Below are positions 61,305 to 64,000 of a stretch of 64,000 nt of DNA, in pieces (within the stretch, counting starts at the first letter, position 1; each line of letters begins with the position of its first letter). The notes below the pieces were generated by a model. The model was not told the origin of the DNA. It made no database searches and worked only from the letters and a program-made list of their open reading frames with translations. The stretch covers positions 1 through 64,000 of the IMG/VR virus record IMGVR_UViG_3300047300_000501; one strand, given 5' to 3'. This DNA comes from a virus. The position numbers were made by a program, and so were the translations under genes.

Positions 61305-64000
61305 ATGAATTACGTAGGCTTACACGTACATACCCACTATTCCCTCTTTGACGGAATCGCTACTCCAGAAGAATACATTGACCGTGCAGTTGAGTTAGGG
61401 ATGCCAGCAATTGCCATCACTGACCACGGTACTTTATCTGGGCATAGGGAACTGCACCGTATTGCAAAAGCGAAGGGTATTAAGCCTATCCTTGGTGTAG
61501 AAGGCTATATGTGTCAAGATAGATTTGATACTAGAGATAAGTCTGAAAGAGACGGAGATCTAGATCTAGTCTACAACCATATAGTTCTTCTCGCCAAGAA
61601 CCAAATTGGTCTAGAGAACCTTAACAAAATTAATGAGATTGCATGGACAGAAGGTTATTTCAAGAAGCCAAGGTTTGACTTTGATATTCTTGAAAAATAC
61701 TCAGAGGGTATCATTGTTACTTCTGCATGCCCAAGTAGCGTACTTGTAAAGGCTCTTGAGAATAATGAATTTGCGGTAGCAAAGAAGCACATTGAATGGT
61801 TTAAGCGGGTATTTAATGATGACTACTATATTGAGGTCATGCCACATAATCAGGCAGAAATCAATAAGCAGTTAATTCAGTTGGCAGATGAGTTTGGTGT
61901 TCAGGTTGTAGTTACTCCTGACTGCCACCACAGTTCTGTCGATCAGAAGGAGATTCAAGAATTCAAACTTCTGTTAAATACACATGTCAAAATAGACAAA
62001 GAGCATACATTTGAAAAGTCAAAGAAGTTTGACAATATGATGGAACGCTTGGATTACCTATACGGACATGATCGTCAAATTACATTCAATGAGTTTGACA
62101 TTCATCTTCTTTCGTACGAAGAGATGAAGTCTGCAATGGAAGCACAGGGTATTGATAGACCAGATATTTATTCCAATACTCTTTCCATTGCTGAAAAAGT
62201 TGGGGACTATGGAATTCAAGAAGGCTTAGACCTTCTTCCAGCACAGTACAAGGATCCAGATGGAGAACTAAGAGAAGCAGCGTTTGCAGGTTTGATTGAT
62301 AGAGATGTAAATACTAAAGAGTATCACGATAGGCTAGAAGAAGAACTAAAGGTTATTAAGGATAAGAAGTTTGCACCTTACTTCCTGGTAGTTCGTAACA
62401 TGATTGCATGGGCTAAACGAGAAGGCATCATGGTTGGTCCTGGTCGTGGTTCTGCTGCAGGCTCTTTGCTTTGCTATGCATTAGAGATTACTGATATTGA
62501 TCCAATTAAGCATGGACTTTTGTTCTTCCGCTTTATCAATCCAGAGCGTAATGACTTCCCAGATATTGATACAGATATTCAAGACTCTCGTCGTGAAGAG
62601 GTAAAAGATTATCTTGTTAGACAGTATCGACATGTTGCATCTATTGCTACATTCCTTTCCTTTAAAGATAAGGGTGTTGTACGAGATGTTGCACGAGTAT
62701 TAAACATTCCTCTTACAGATGTTAACAAGGTTCTTAAACTTGTAGACACTTGGGATGAATTCTGTACATCAAAAACAACACGGGAGTTCCGTGAGAAATA
62801 TCCAGAGGTAGAAATTTATGGAGAGCAATTACGTGGTCGTATTAGAGGTACTGGCATTCACGCTGCTGGTGTTGTCACTAGTAAAGATCCTATTTTTAGG
62901 TACGCACCAATGGAAACACGTTCTTCTACTGGCAGCGATGAGCGTATTCCTGTTGTTGCGGTGGACATGGAAGAGGCTGAAAAGATTGGTCTTATCAAGA
63001 TCGACGCACTTGGACTTAAAACTTTAAGTGTTGTTAAAGATGCTTTAGAAATTATTCAGGAGCGAGATGGTAAATTTATCGACCCTCTTAAGATTCCAAT
63101 GGATGATCCAAACGTCTATCAAATGCTTTCTGACGGATATACAAAGGGTGTCTTCCAGTGTGAAGCAGCACCATACACCAACCTTCTTGTAAAGATGGGT
63201 GTAAAAAATCTTGCTGAACTTGCTGCTTCAAATGCTCTAGTTCGTCCAGGTGCTATGAACACAATTGGAAAAGATTATATTGAACGTAAGCATGGTCGTC
63301 AAAATATTGGCTATACTCACCAGGTACTAAAAGATTTTACGGAGGAGACCTATGGTTGTATTCTTTACCAGGAACAAGTTATGCAGGCATGCGTATCCCT
63401 TGGCGGTATGTCCATGTCGGAGGCAGATAAAGTTAGAAAGATCATTGGAAAGAAAAAAGATGCTAAAGAGTTTGATGTGTTTCAGGATAAATTCATTGAG
63501 GGTGCATCTCGCTTTGTTTCTCCTAATATTGCTCGTGACCTGTGGCATGACTTTGAAGCGCATGCAGGATACTCATTTAATAAATCACACGCCGTTGCCT
63601 ACTCCACTCTTTCATACTGGACAGCATGGTTAAAATATCACTACCCACTAGAGTTTATGTACTCATTACTAAAGAATGAAAAGGATAAAGATGCGAGAAC
63701 TGAATATCTTATTGAAGCAAAAAGAATGGGGATTAGCATTAAACTTCCTCACATTAATGATTCAGATATCGATTTTAAAATTGAGGGTAAAGGGATTAGG
63801 TTTGGTCTGTCTGGGATTAAGTATATTTCCGACAAGATTGCAGAAAGGTACATTTCAGCAAGACCCTTTGATTCGTATGCTCAACTTGAGGAGTTTACTT
63901 TTACAAAAGGAAACGGAGTTAACTCTCGTGCTCTACAAGCACTACGAATTATCGGCGCAGCAACGTTTAAAGATAATCCAAGAAATGAACAAGAGATCAA
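61305..64000 (+). CDS. dnaE: DNA polymerase III alpha subunit (partial; missing from the ORF track because it has no stop in the window)
   Basis: Manual translation MNYVGLHVHTHYSLFDG...AITDHG (PHP); GPGRGSAAGS; FPDIDTD; GYSFNKSHA. Confidence 0.95.
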   Translation, partial: MNYVGLHVHTHYSLFDGIATPEEYIDRAVELGMPAIAITDHGTLSGHRELHRIAKAKGIKPILGVEGYMCQDRFDTRDKSERDGDLDLVYNHIVLLAKNQIGLENLNKINEIAWTEGYFKKPRFDFDILEKYSEGIIVTSACPSSVLVKALENNEFAVAKKHIEWFKRVFNDDYYIEVMPHNQAEINKQLIQLADEFGVQVVVTPDCHHSSVDQKEIQEFKLLLNTHVKIDKEHTFEKSKKFDNMMERLDYLYGHDRQITFNEFDIHLLSYEEMKSAMEAQGIDRPDIYSNTLSIAEKVGDYGIQEGLDLLPAQYKDPDGELREAAFAGLIDRDVNTKEYHDRLEEELKVIKDKKFAPYFLVVRNMIAWAKREGIMVGPGRGSAAGSLLCYALEITDIDPIKHGLLFFRFINPERNDFPDIDTDIQDSRREEVKDYLVRQYRHVASIATFLSFKDKGVVRDVARVLNIPLTDVNKVLKLVDTWDEFCTSKTTREFREKYPEVEIYGEQLRGRIRGTGIHAAGVVTSKDPIFRYAPMETRSSTGSDERIPVVAVDMEEAEKIGLIKIDALGLKTLSVVKDALEIIQERDGKFIDPLKIPMDDPNVYQMLSDGYTKGVFQCEAAPYTNLLVKMGVKNLAELAASNALVRPGAMNTIGKDYIERKHGRQNIGYTHQVLKDFTEETYGCILYQEQVMQACVSLGGMSMSEADKVRKIIGKKKDAKEFDVFQDKFIEGASRFVSPNIARDLWHDFEAHAGYSFNKSHAVAYSTLSYWTAWLKYHYPLEFMYSLLKNEKDKDARTEYLIEAKRMGISIKLPHINDSDIDFKIEGKGIRFGLSGIKYISDKIAERYISARPFDSYAQLEEFTFTKGNGVNSRALQALRIIGAATFKDNPRNEQEI

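Noticed and set aside
26811-64000. Inteins or introns in nrdJ, dnaB or dnaE
   Set aside because: Lengths and motif spacing look normal and the frames appear uninterrupted.

Overview
The window is a continuous, AT-rich segment of a large tailed dsDNA phage (siphovirus-type) genome. An actinobacterial host is inferred from leaderless extended -10 promoters, PafBC-type promoter elements and a PASTA domain. Layout: (1) 1-4900, an early/accessory region of micro-ORF cassettes separated by repeated regulatory modules (CRP-like palindromes, DnaA boxes, GACAC boxes, PafBC-type promoters). (2) 4900-29400, tail fibre/appendage genes interleaved with modification enzymes, a lytic transglycosylase and a class II ribonucleotide reductase. 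(3) 29400-57000, head and tail morphogenesis (portal, protease/scaffold, capsid, neck, tail tube, chaperones, 2310-aa tape measure, baseplate). (4) 57000-64000, replication (DnaB, primase, SSB, partial DnaE). The most notable structure occurs twice: an adaptor/fibre gene ending W-x-x-x-GDL-x-A, then a protein carrying a Pro-containing tandem repeat ((VTP)n or (F[G/S]FSP)n) fused to a 186-aa C-terminal Hint (Hedgehog/intein-like) autoprocessing domain, then a cassette of 2OG-Fe(II) hydroxylases and glycosyltransferases. This suggests a phage-encoded, self-processing hydroxyproline-glycoprotein system. All family assignments come from motif recognition by eye; no database searches were run.
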